DNA from: Vezdaea acicularis
Taxonomy: Eukaryota
Direction of reading: 5' to 3'
Assembly (NCBI GenBank): GCA_026025075.1
Contig: JAPEUI010000074.1
Coordinates: 62,001-89,410 of the forward strand
Length of the DNA: 27,410 bases
Shown here: piece after piece, positions 1 through 10,352 of the stretch
How the letters are laid out: each line of letters opens with the position of its first letter
How positions within the stretch are numbered: position 1 is the first letter of the stretch
Notes under the pieces: generated by a model
Database searches by the model: none
Seen by the model: only the letters and a program-made list of their open reading frames with translations
Told to the model about the DNA's origin: nothing
Made by a program: the position numbers and the translations under genes

Positions 1-953
1 AGTTTCCGGCCGGACTAAACAAAATTGCACGAGGTAAGTCAACCCTAAAACGGCCATATTCCAGAAGTCCGCAGCTTTTCCCCAGTGAGTTATGGAAGCC
101 TCGGTTTGCAACGGCGAATAGTTTTTCCACCGAAAACGCTCAGTCTTGCTGCAAGTCGCCGGCATCCATGAATCTGCCAATTAGATAGGGCATGAAGCGG
201 AGGGCAAGATCTAGGCTTCTGAAAGCCGTTGATCAAGAGGGAACTTCCGCTCAAGCTGTCGTATGCCTCTATGACGCGAGAACGCCTTGCTACCTTGGGG
301 CACGATGTGCCCGTAGAATATACCGAGAATCGACCCTCAAGACACAATTGGAAGAACGCTCGACTGTTGTACTGCAAGATACTGCATATCCTCCTATCAT
401 TGATATCGTACGGTAGGAATATAGCGCAGTCCTGCGACGCGGGCCGAGTGGGAGCGCGGTGTTGCATCTGTAGATGTGTACGATTGGTGACTAGGCGTTC
501 AAGAGATGTTGGAAGAAATCCTACGTTTATTTCTCTCTCCTCATGAAGCGTGGCATTCCCCGATGTTTGCATTAGCTAGCCGAGGGCATCCATCCATTGG
601 GTTGTAGCAGCTAGCCGCTGATTGGCCCTTGGAACATGCCGCCTGAACCTCAAACCTTGTTTCGGTTGCAGGGATCGCAGCAGTCGCGACAGCGAAGCTG
701 GAAAAGGGTAATGACATTGTCAACAACCATCAATCAGCCGGACGGGAGCGTCTTAGTCTCATGAAGTGTAGGCGGGAGCTTCATTGAGATTCCGCTTTGT
801 ATGCCATACCGACTTTTGCACACCATTTCCTACCTTAGGCATCTTGGGCGCAGTCAGACCGCGACGCCTGTAATTCAGTTCCACGCTTGACGTCGCGACG
901 GCGAAGGACTGTTTCGTTAATCAGACAGCAAAACCACCCTCACTATTCTCCGA

Positions 954-2548
954 ATGGCATTTAGAAAGTTGATAGTGCTACTGGCACTATCGCGAACAAT
1001 AATCGCATCTCCTGCCCCTGGTCCAGCACCGATAGATGAAGCAGCACCCCTTGTGACAGCTTCCCCTATTCAATGGGAAGCGACCAAAACAAAGAGAGAT
1101 CTTGGCAGTTACCTTACATCAGTTATAGGAGGCCTTGGATCGAATATACCCAATTACGTAACAGATGGTGTCGCAAACTTCTTCCAGGACTTCCCAACGG
1201 GAAGTGCGGTTCAGAGCTCCTTGGGCTTGGATGACTCGCAGCTTGCCGCATACCCCACGCAAGTCTTGAACCTGGGGTGAGTGATCGCTCGATATCCATA
1301 CACTGCAGCTATTGACCATATGATAGGCCTTATGCAAATTACACAGACCTAGGCTGGAACGTGCGCTTTCACGGGAACGTCTACAAGCAGCCTAACATCA
1401 GCGAGTCCGACCTCAACAAGCTAGCCAACAAGTTCCTTATAGGGACGTCTATCGAACAGCTACCTCCCGAACAGCAAAACAATGCGCGGAATCTTACCTC
1501 CGAAATCTTCATCGTTCAGCAAGGCAATGTCAGCGTGACTATGAACATAGAACCGGCGCTTTTGGCTGGATCTTCTGGGGAGCCAGGAGGAAGTAACGCG
1601 CTGGCGCCATCTGGAGGCTTCGAGAACCTCACAATTCCTTACAATACATCCGCTGAGGGTGATTACGACGTCTTCCTGCCAATCAACAATATCAGCAACG
1701 CGTTGATAGCCGGCAATGCCACAGACCGCATTCAGCAGCTGAATATCTATGCCAAGGGAGCTTACGCTGATAGTGGCAATGCAACCGCATTTCTCGTTCC
1801 AAATAAGGGACTCACGGTCATAAGCGATATTGATGATATCCTCCGTGTTACGAAGATTTACCAGCCAAGTGAGGGTCTGCTGAACAGCTTCGCTCGGGAT
1901 TTTGTCCCCTGGATGAACATGCCCAATATCTACGCGAACTGGTCGAAGAGCCTCCCCAATATGCACTTTCATTACCTGACAACAACACCAGAGCAAGCCA
2001 CGCGCCCTTACGAGAACTTTATCTACAAGACCTACCCTGGAGGTTCTTTCGACACCCGCCCTCTGAATTTTAGTGACGTGTCCGCCACACTCTCCATTCG
2101 AGAATTCTTGCTGGAAAAGATCTTCCAGACTTTTCCGGAGCGCAAATTCATTTTGGTGGCCGACACCAGTAACTCGGATGTTATGCGGGATTATCCAGGT
2201 TTAGTAGGCAAGTTCCCGGGGCAGGTCCAATGCATCTTCCTTCGCAATACCAGCAGTACCGATAGCGGCGATAAGTTCCCGTATGATACAAGCGGATTCA
2301 AAGGGATCAACCAGACGATGTATATGTTTTTTAACGTACCAGATGATCTGACTGGCTTGGACATCGCGAATGGGCAGTGCTACAACGCGAGTGTCAAGCA
2401 GAATGTCACGTTCAGCGAGCAGGGACTACCTCTAGGACTTTCAAAGAAGAGTCTAGCTACCTCGGCGTTTCAAGAGGTGCACGTTGCAAGGGGTGTCTGG
2501 GTAGCTGGGCTGGCTGTTCTGCTGGCAAGGTTATTCACAATTCTATAG
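954..2548 (+). CDS. Secreted, probably GPI-anchored APP1-like phosphatidate phosphatase catalytic-domain (DUF2183) protein, about 514 aa; exons 954-1276 and 1327-2548
   Basis: The intron 1277-1326 (GTGAGT...ATTGAC...TAG, 50 nt) joins the 954 and 1361 ORFs in frame (PTQVLNLG-PYANYTDLGWNVRFHGNVYKQP). There is an N-terminal signal peptide (MAFRKLIVLLALSRTIIA) and a KR site (TKRDL). APP1-type motifs: ISDIDDILRVT, FHYLTTTPEQ, FPERKFILVADTSNSD, FPGQVQCIFLRN. Many N-x-S/T sequons and a hydrophobic C-terminal tail. Confidence 0.9.
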
Positions 2549-3319
2549 TGGTAGAGATGGGCCTAAGCTGGCAGAGCATTCCCGTATATAATGGTGAACG
2601 GCATGGGGAATAGGAACGGGATATGTAAGACGTGTACATAATTCAAGCATGAAGCGAAGAGTCCAGCACAACAATCAGATTTGGAATTGCCTTGTTAATT
2701 TTCTAGTCCACACATTGTCCTATCTGCATCATCGATAACCCCCAGAATGCGAGCAATGGGGCAAATGTTCCGAGGAAAGCAATAGCCTGGTGTATAGCAA
2801 AACCTCTCATGGATATACATCCACATGTCATTGGTCTATACGGCTTTTCTTTTACGTCATCGCTATCCGAGTGCACGGACATAGGTTTTAGTGCAAGGAG
2901 AAGTGAAACTGACACGTACACGCGGACGAAGAACGGCTCGCGGGATTCTCGCAAGCCCAACGACACAATGCGTAGAAAAACTAGAAGGTACGCGAGGAAG
3001 AGCACGGGCATGAAGATATCAGCCAACAATAGCTTATCAGAGGAGTGGCCACAAGATGAACAAAGCGACGAGAAATAGCTCACTTGTCTCCGAGTAAACC
3101 ATGGTTCGCATCAAATAAGACATTTCGAACCATCTCCATAATGGACTCAACGTTCTGGGGCTGCTTCCATGTGAGCCGATACCGCAGATCGCGTCAGGCA
3201 TCACTATTAGATTCAGGTGATGCACGGAGTTTAAATGCTCTCTATCGATCTTCCTCGTTAAGACTTACTTTACTCGCTTCTTCTCCAGTTCTGACAAAAG
3301 ATTATCTTCCGCTGCCAAT

Positions 3320-4072
3320 ATGCAGCGTCTCTATTATTCTCACTGTCTTCTTTCCCTGGTGCTCTTCTTCCCTCTATCTATAGCTGAGGAATGGATTCCA
3401 AAATGCGGACCAGGACCATCTCCTTTCTCTCAAGCGCAGCAACATCTTCTCCCTGACCACCTTGCACCATGGGATGATGCCAGAGGCCCTGACATACTTT
3501 GCTTAGGGTACGCCAGTGGAGAAACCACATACCCTCTAGAGGAGGCAGAAGATCCCGTTGTGCTCATAAGTGCCGAATGCCGCTGCGATGAAGAAGGAGA
3601 AATTGATTGTGATGTAGGAAACCCGAACGGGAACCCGGGTGATTGGAATGATGTAATGAGAGATATCGTTGAAGAATATTGTCTAAGGATGTGCCAGTGC
3701 CACACACTCTCTGACTCAGATGATGATGAGCAAAGCAAGGTTACAAAGTTTGATAGAGAGCCCGAAGAAAACGTGGCTGTAGGCCAAAAGAGGAAACAAG
3801 CCGACACTAGTAGCAGCGGACGCGGCGGTACTAGCAAAGCCAGAAGAAGAGTTAGGGCACGACATCAAAGACCAGCACGTGCTACCTCGAATAAGGCTGA
3901 TCTCCAGGCGTATACTTCTCTACAGAAGCATTGCACACCTTTTCAGATGGCAGAGGAGTGCCGCAACGTGGACTGTGGCATGGGAGATTTAAGTTCTATC
4001 AACCTAAATCAGTTTCGTAAAGGAGAGTGTCTGACGTTAGGCCGGCTAACGAGTGAGTCGTTATGGCCCTAG
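3320..4072 (+). CDS. Hypothetical secreted cysteine-rich protein, 250 aa
   Basis: ATG-initiated 250-codon ORF with a hydrophobic signal peptide (CLLSLVLFFPLSIA). It has 8 Cys in an acidic N-terminal domain (CRC...C...CLRMCQC), a basic linker and 4 further Cys at the C-terminus. No family recognised. Confidence 0.7.
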   Translation: MQRLYYSHCLLSLVLFFPLSIAEEWIPKCGPGPSPFSQAQQHLLPDHLAPWDDARGPDILCLGYASGETTYPLEEAEDPVVLISAECRCDEEGEIDCDVGNPNGNPGDWNDVMRDIVEEYCLRMCQCHTLSDSDDDEQSKVTKFDREPEENVAVGQKRKQADTSSSGRGGTSKARRRVRARHQRPARATSNKADLQAYTSLQKHCTPFQMAEECRNVDCGMGDLSSINLNQFRKGECLTLGRLTSESLWP

Positions 4073-4686
4073 AAGGCTGGTCTGAGGAGGTGAATAGATC
4101 ACAATCGTTGTGTAGTGTATAAATTTGGGATCCTGAAGCCCGAGTATTGGTCGCTCTTCTAGTAGCCCGCGAAACAAGCCTGAAAGCAAGCGGATAGAAT
4201 AGTGGTTGCAAGGTTCTTAGTGGATCATTGCGTTGGGGGACAATATCTATCAATTAACTGCTGTGAAGCTTGGGTTCCAAGCCGTCCGTCTTACGCTGTC
4301 TTTCCGCGCCATTTTCTGTGATACAGATCTAAGTGCAGTAATCAAGTGGGGTATCACAGAAAGCAATTTTTTGCATAACTCATGTATCCCAAGCCTAACC
4401 ATGATTGCGAAATCCCAACCGCAATGCCATATCGACGATTTCTCTAGATGCTATGCAACCAGCCACCCACCCCAGCAGATAGGTCTTTTTTGAGCGAGAA
4501 CGTCCCATATAATGTAGTGGATAGTTTGCTAAAAGTCAATTGCTGAATAGCGGCATATGTCATGAGGCCGCCAGATGAGTAGGACGAATGGTACATGGAA
4601 GGCATATTCTGAGAGACGCCAAAAATGAGAGGGACCCCATGAGAGCTTAATCAGTCTTGCAGCCCGTTGATATTCGATTCTGCAAT

Positions 4687-7600
4687 TCAATCTTCTCTAC
4701 CCTGTGGGACCGTTAATTTTTCCTAAGAGAGGAAGGTAAGGGAAACATACGAAGAAAAGGTAGGTAAGTTCTTTCTCGCCAAGTCTAGCGATCTTCTGGC
4801 TAGCCTTCTCGTCGAGAGCGCTCTCAATGAGCTCACGCTTCTTTTCCCTACCATTTTCGGTTAGCAGTTGGAATGGTGTCGCAGTGTTTGATTGAGTACG
4901 AACTGCAGGTCTAAGATTCTGTCCTCCACGGTCCTCTCAACAAGGATTCGATGTACTGTGACTGTCGACTGCTGACCGATGCGGTGAGCACGATCAACTG
5001 CCTGGAGCTCGACATATGGATTCCAAAACTTAGGCGATGCGTTAGTCATATTTGAAAGGAGCTTAAAAGGAGTTGTTCAATGTCTTACGGGATCAAGAAT
5101 TAGAACCTGGGAGGCTGCGACAAGATTCAGTCCTGCATTGCCCGCTTTTAGGGAGATGAGCATAATCTTGCATTGAGGATTGCTGATGAACTCTTGGACA
5201 GCATCGTCGCGCTGCTGCGACGTCATGCTGCCATCATATCTCTGATACCCCCATTTCTTTTCGGAGATTGGAATTTCCAAGAGGTCGAGTAAGGAGGTGA
5301 ATTGGCTGAAAACTATGCTCTTTTCGTTGGCTCCTGATTCTTGGATGTTCTGAAGAATCTCACAGGCCTTGTCTGTTTTGGCACTGGATACGAATTCTTC
5401 TCGGAGACGCTTCAGGTATTTTCTTTTGTTCTTTGCGTTCTTCGTAGCCTCTCTCTTAAGCACCGCTAGCGTCTGCTGTGGGGCTTCAACCTTTCCTTTG
5501 CCCTTTCGAGCTCTCATTGACTTTCGGCCTTTATTTTCTCCACTCTTGCTGCTTTCTTTCCTGGGCTCAGCCATTGAAGAGGTCTCATATTTCATGCTCT
5601 GCTTGTTTAGAAGGGACTTGATATCCGATTCACTATCCTTGTGATCGTCAGCGCCCTCGTCAGACTCGTAATCGTCAGGTACAACGAAATCGCCTAGGTC
5701 GTCTGAGGTGTCATCAGAGGTTTCATCCTCCATTTCTAGATCTTGGGAGTTTGTTGGGATAGAGGTAGCCTCTGGATCTTGAGATGACACCACTGGCATA
5801 TGCACTTGAGCAAATGAAGCGTAGTCAGTGACGTTATCTTGTTTGACCGTCCCACGACAGCTGGGGCATTTAATATCGCCACCTCGGCGAGCTTCGTCGT
5901 TGCCCTCAGCAATGCTCTGTGCGCCAGCTGAGTCAGTGATCTTGGCAAAACATTCTGAACATGTGTCATGACCGCAGGGGCTGAAGATTCTAGGGTTCTC
6001 TGCGACATCGTAACAAACAGGACATTCAAAATCGGGAGCAGACTCTCGGATTCTTGCGATAACATCTGCTTCTAACCCTTCAGCAACTTTAAGCATCCGA
6101 GCAATTGCATCGGCGCCTTCAGCGAGGGTAGCTAAGGGCTCTGCGTGATTTCGGATTAGGTGCGGATGACAGCAGGCTTGTCGAAGACGGAGGAGTAAGA
6201 CCAAGACATTGGAGTAATTCTTGCCTACAGTGCCAGCCTTGAGATAGCGATTGAATTGTAATTGTGTTTGACTTTCGAGAGCAGTATAGAAGTCCATCTC
6301 ATCTGGTGAAAAGACTGCATGCTTGACTTCCGTCATAACAGGAGGAAGCTCGATGATCGGCTTCCCATCAATTTTGCTGCTTTTCATACGCCTGAGGAGA
6401 ACGGCTTTGAGCAGCGCGTGCAGCTTATTCATGGCTCTCTCGTTTGCGCTCTTCGAGGACATCTTCAGGGGCCTGACAAATGCCGAATTGAACGCTTTTA
6501 ATTCGTTGTATGGCTTGATGCGAAGGAATTTGATCAGCGCATGGAGCTCATTTAGATTGTTCATCATCGGTGTTCCAGTCATGCACCACCTCGTCTTCGC
6601 TTCGAGCAGACATGCAGCAGCTGATGCTTTGGTGGAAGGATTTTTGACGCATTGAGCTTCATCGAGGACGACACGATACCATTTGCATTCGTCCCCAATA
6701 ATGTTTAACTTCGGACGACTTCTCTGATCAAGATCGGGATTCTCTAGAAGTCGATGCTCGTATTGTTCTTTCTGTTTCAGCTCACTGCTGAGTTTTCCAT
6801 AGGTGCATAGGACGACATCGTAAGTCCGAAGATGTTCCCATGATGTCTTGGTTCTATTTCCGTGACAAACAAAAACAGTCAGCTTCGCCTCGGCTTTCAG
6901 CTTTGTGTTTATCTCACGCTCCCACTGTCTCAGAAGAGAGACTGGAGCAACGATTAGAGTTGTCTTCCGGCGCTCATCATCGCTTGGGCAGGAAACCATG
7001 AGGGCCAATGCTTGAATAGTCTTTCCCAGACCCATATCGTCAGCGAGGATGCCTCCTTTATTGGACCCTCTCTCCATACCCTTCATCCAGGTCAGTCCGA
7101 GGCGTTGGTGCATCATCAGAGGATACTTCATCTCAGCTGGTGTTCCTTCCCTGTCTTTCTCAGGAATCTCAACGTCTGGTCTGATGTTCGAGAGCAGCTC
7201 TTCTACTTCCTTACGAGTCTTTGTTGGATCATTATAGATGTAGTCGGCATATGCGCTCTGCCTTGCGTTCATATCTTCGGGTAAGTACGGTCCGCTAGGT
7301 CTATACGTATCCGGGTTGATCATAAAGTTGAGATCATCCCTAAGTCCTGTATTGGCGAAAGGGTAATTCATGCTTTGGTTAGCAGCATCAGAACCGCTGA
7401 TCGAAGCCACGAAAGGGTCCCTGAGATCGGTAGCGGTGTTACTAGCCACATCATATGCTTCAGAGATGCCTTTGAAGGCCGAGGTAGTTTGATTAGGAGT
7501 GCTAAAACTGAAGTTGGAGTCGGCATATTTGTTCCAAGAATTCATATCCGTGAAGGGTGGATTGTTGTATAAAAATGAGCCAATAGTTGAGCTCGGACCG

Positions 7601-8875
7601 TTGATCTGACCGTACTCTGGAAGTTGGTTGACTTTACCTGCCTTGTTGCCTTGACTTAGATAATCAAAGTCGTCATAGTCACCAGAAAGATCAATTGTCT
7701 CTATCTCCTTCGTACCGTTTCCAGCACCAAATGAAACATCTTTGGTGAAACGCGCAAAGCCCTCCTCAGGCTTTGTATTTCCATGAGGAAGAAAATCGAG
7801 GCCGAATGTCTTGTCATCTAGATTACTGCCGGGCACGGATTCAGCTTTGATGCCTTTTTCTAGTTTGGTACGATTGAGAGATGTTTGTGCAAACTTTCGG
7901 GGCTGTGCATGGCCCAAATCGGATATCTGAGGAATGGAAATACTACGAGCGTACATTTCATCACTACTGAAGTCAGCACGGCCAGATTTGATCAACTCTA
8001 GCAGGCGCTCTGTGCTAATACGGAGTGCTGAGAGAGGTTTATTACCCGTACCTCTTCTCCTGTTCTACCTTGGCCTTTAGCTCCTTTTCATACTGTGCTT
8101 GGGTGAATCGAATCATCTCCTCATCAATTTCATCCTGTTCGGCGGCAAGCTGTCTAGCATAAGCCTCGTCACTGCTTGATAAACAGCCGTTAGCAATAAC
8201 ATGGGACAATAGCGGTATGGTGACCTCATTTGTGGGGGGGGCGTACTAATGAGTCATATCATCAGGCCAAGACAGTGGTGTAGTACGTCCAGTGTGAGGC
8301 AAGGATGGTGTTGTCCGCCTAGATTTAGATTCGCGTTCGCTAGATGTATTCCGGTCAAGACCATGTTTTCGGGTGGGTAAAGTGAGTAAGTTGCCAGATG
8401 AAGATCCTCCTGAGATGGGGGTCGAAAATAGCGAACTGTTGCTTCCAAAACCGACTACGAGGCTTTCTTGGGGATCAGCCGCATTTGCTTCAGATATGTA
8501 GGATGGATCCAGAAGGTCGAAATTCCAGCTCGATCCATTATCTAGTGGTGGTAAGGTGGTGGGTGCTGATATTTGAGGTTGACTATTCTGCTCGTCTGGC
8601 GCTGCAGAAGAGGAGCTCTGGGGGTTGAGTTGAAATGAAGAGGAACCATGGGGGTGGTTGAGAGGCGCCATAGAATCGTGGTTGGTAGTCCTCCACGCGG
8701 AACGATCTGTAAGCATACTTTTGCGTTGTTCTAGCGTGGCGATCTGTCGTTCCCAATCCATCTTGAGTTGAGTCGCGTTCTCCTGATCGGCTTCGAGAGA
8801 GAGAATGAGAGCTTTAAAGGTGGAAATCTCTTCTGTAAGCGACTCGGCCATCGCCTCAGACTGTATAGATGACAT
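4687..8875 (-). CDS. ULS1: SNF2-family DNA-dependent ATPase with inserted RING finger (Rad5/Rad16-like group, most like Uls1/Ris1 and Rrp1/Rrp2), about 1286 aa; exons 8875-8247, 8171-8052, 7963-5089, 5028-4904, 4847-4751, 4701-4687
   Basis: Walker A region [20 protein letters not shown], motif [26 protein letters not shown]...CGHDTCSEC...CPSC, and C-terminal helicase motifs [38 protein letters not shown]. Five GT-AG introns (75, 88, 60, 56, 49 nt) join all exons in consistent phase, ending ...ELTYLFF-GRED*. The subfamily call (Uls1-like) comes from motif recognition, not a search. Confidence 0.9.
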
Positions 8876-9997
8876 GGTCCCTGGTGGAGATAGTTTGGCG
8901 ACGTAAGGCTGGAGTGAGGCTGTCTGAGCGCTACAGGCTGGGAGTTCACGCAGTAATCAGGCTGATGCCAATCACTCGGGACTTGGGCAATATTTTTGCA
9001 TCAATCGCTGATAACTCCGAATTTAAAGCGCCTGTAAGGTGATGGGAAAAGTCCCATTGCCTATTTCATGGATCAGATCTCTGCGTATTACTTTGATCCC
9101 TCATACTACACTTTGCTCGCTCTATGCTGGAGAAGGCTGGGTACTGATGTGCCCTTTAATTTGCATATGCTGAACAAGATGGCTTCGCGAGAGAAGAAAA
9201 CATGGATGCGCTGTGATAGTGAGTCAAGAATATCACCGAAGTATCTGGGCCAAGTCTGTGCTAGAATGCCGTGATAATCGCTCTTTTCGATTGTCGGTAG
9301 ATGCGTTCGCGTGTCGACCGAAAAAGGTCGGCAAACATTAGCAGATGTCATCACTGTCGAAGCACACCGGGCGGACCTCCATTCGATCAGGGCATCCAAA
9401 TTTTGACGCATTGTCTTTGAAATGTTGCACTAATGGCTCTCAAGGACGCTGCGACCTGCAAAGGATACATCAAGCAGCCAAGAAGGTGTCTACATCTGCA
9501 AGCTTAAGTCTCGTTGTCAAGGAAGGAGCTGACTGCGAAAATGCTAGTGGAATCATTGTCTCTCGCCAGAAGTAAGCGATCACTCTTCAAGTGTACTTCG
9601 TATAACCACTACAAGAAGCGGGGATCATCTAAATTTCAAGCAGGCATACTCTCAACTATCAAATATACTAGTCCTGCACAAATTATATCCCTTGAGATTG
9701 GAATTGCGCTGACAGCGCCAATAGCGCTTCGATGACTGGATCGTCCCCTTTCGCCTCCTCAACGCTCGGATCGGACACCAACTAAACCCACAAATGCTCT
9801 GACTTTGTAGACAGTCGCGAGAGAGACTTGATAAAGGGCTGCAGTTAAGCAACACAGAGTTCTAGTGCAAATCTCAACTACTATCTTTCCTTTTTCAAAT
9901 ATTCATTAAGCTTTGACCATCAGGGAATGCAGTATGCGTGTTCGTTTACTTTTGGCGAGTGACAGTAAGCTGAAGTGGCACCTTCTCTTGAATATTC

Positions 9998-10027
9998 GGG
10001 GGAAATGGGGCAGTGGGGGCAGCGGGG
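9998..10027 (+). other. Potential four-tier G-quadruplex motif
   Basis: GGGGG-AAAT-GGGG-CAGT-GGGGG-CAGC-GGGG: four G-tracts of at least 4 with three 4-nt loops, in intergenic DNA. Confidence 0.55.
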
Positions 10028-10352
10028 CTTGCAATGACGCGAAAGTTATGGTACAGCCTGTGTCAGATGAGGGCCATTCCGTAAAGAGTCCTTATACTCG
10101 AATGGAGAAGGCAAAAAAGGAGGAGAAGGAGAAATCTATCCTGACCCTCGTGAGTATAGCATAACTTCCCCTCTACAGGTTGACCGAACGCCGAAAAGCT
10201 ACTCCTTAAGAGCGATGGAAGCCCGCCTGTACCTACGCCTGCGCCTACTGATGCAGAATTGCCCCACGGACAGGTGAGAGGAAGACAAAAGCTGTCACCA
10301 AGCCCATGATCAAAATCATTGAGAAAATCGCCAGATGCCTACATGCTAAACA

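Noticed and set aside
1..726. Overlapping ORFs at the left edge (90-572 minus, 192-416, 229-546, 541-726)
   Set aside because: No recognisable motifs and I could not build a convincing spliced model. A truncated or decayed gene cannot be excluded.
860..897. Short inverted repeat CGCGACG...CGTCGCG upstream of the phosphatase gene
   Set aside because: The arms are only about 7 bp, which is expected by chance in CG-rich promoter DNA.
2703..3225. Hydrophobic minus-strand ORFs (2703-3083, 3037-3225) suggesting a small membrane protein
   Set aside because: The longer ORF has a non-ATG start and the hydrophobic segments lie in different frames. No consistent splice model or family was found.
8246..8875. 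209-aa ORF as a stand-alone gene
   Set aside because: A GT donor overlaps its stop codon, and in-phase splicing through 8171-8052 joins it to the SNF2-RING gene.
9068..10164. Cluster of 60-100 aa ORFs between the helicase and MIZ genes
   Set aside because: They are short, mutually overlapping and lack motifs; consistent with chance ORFs in promoter/terminator DNA.
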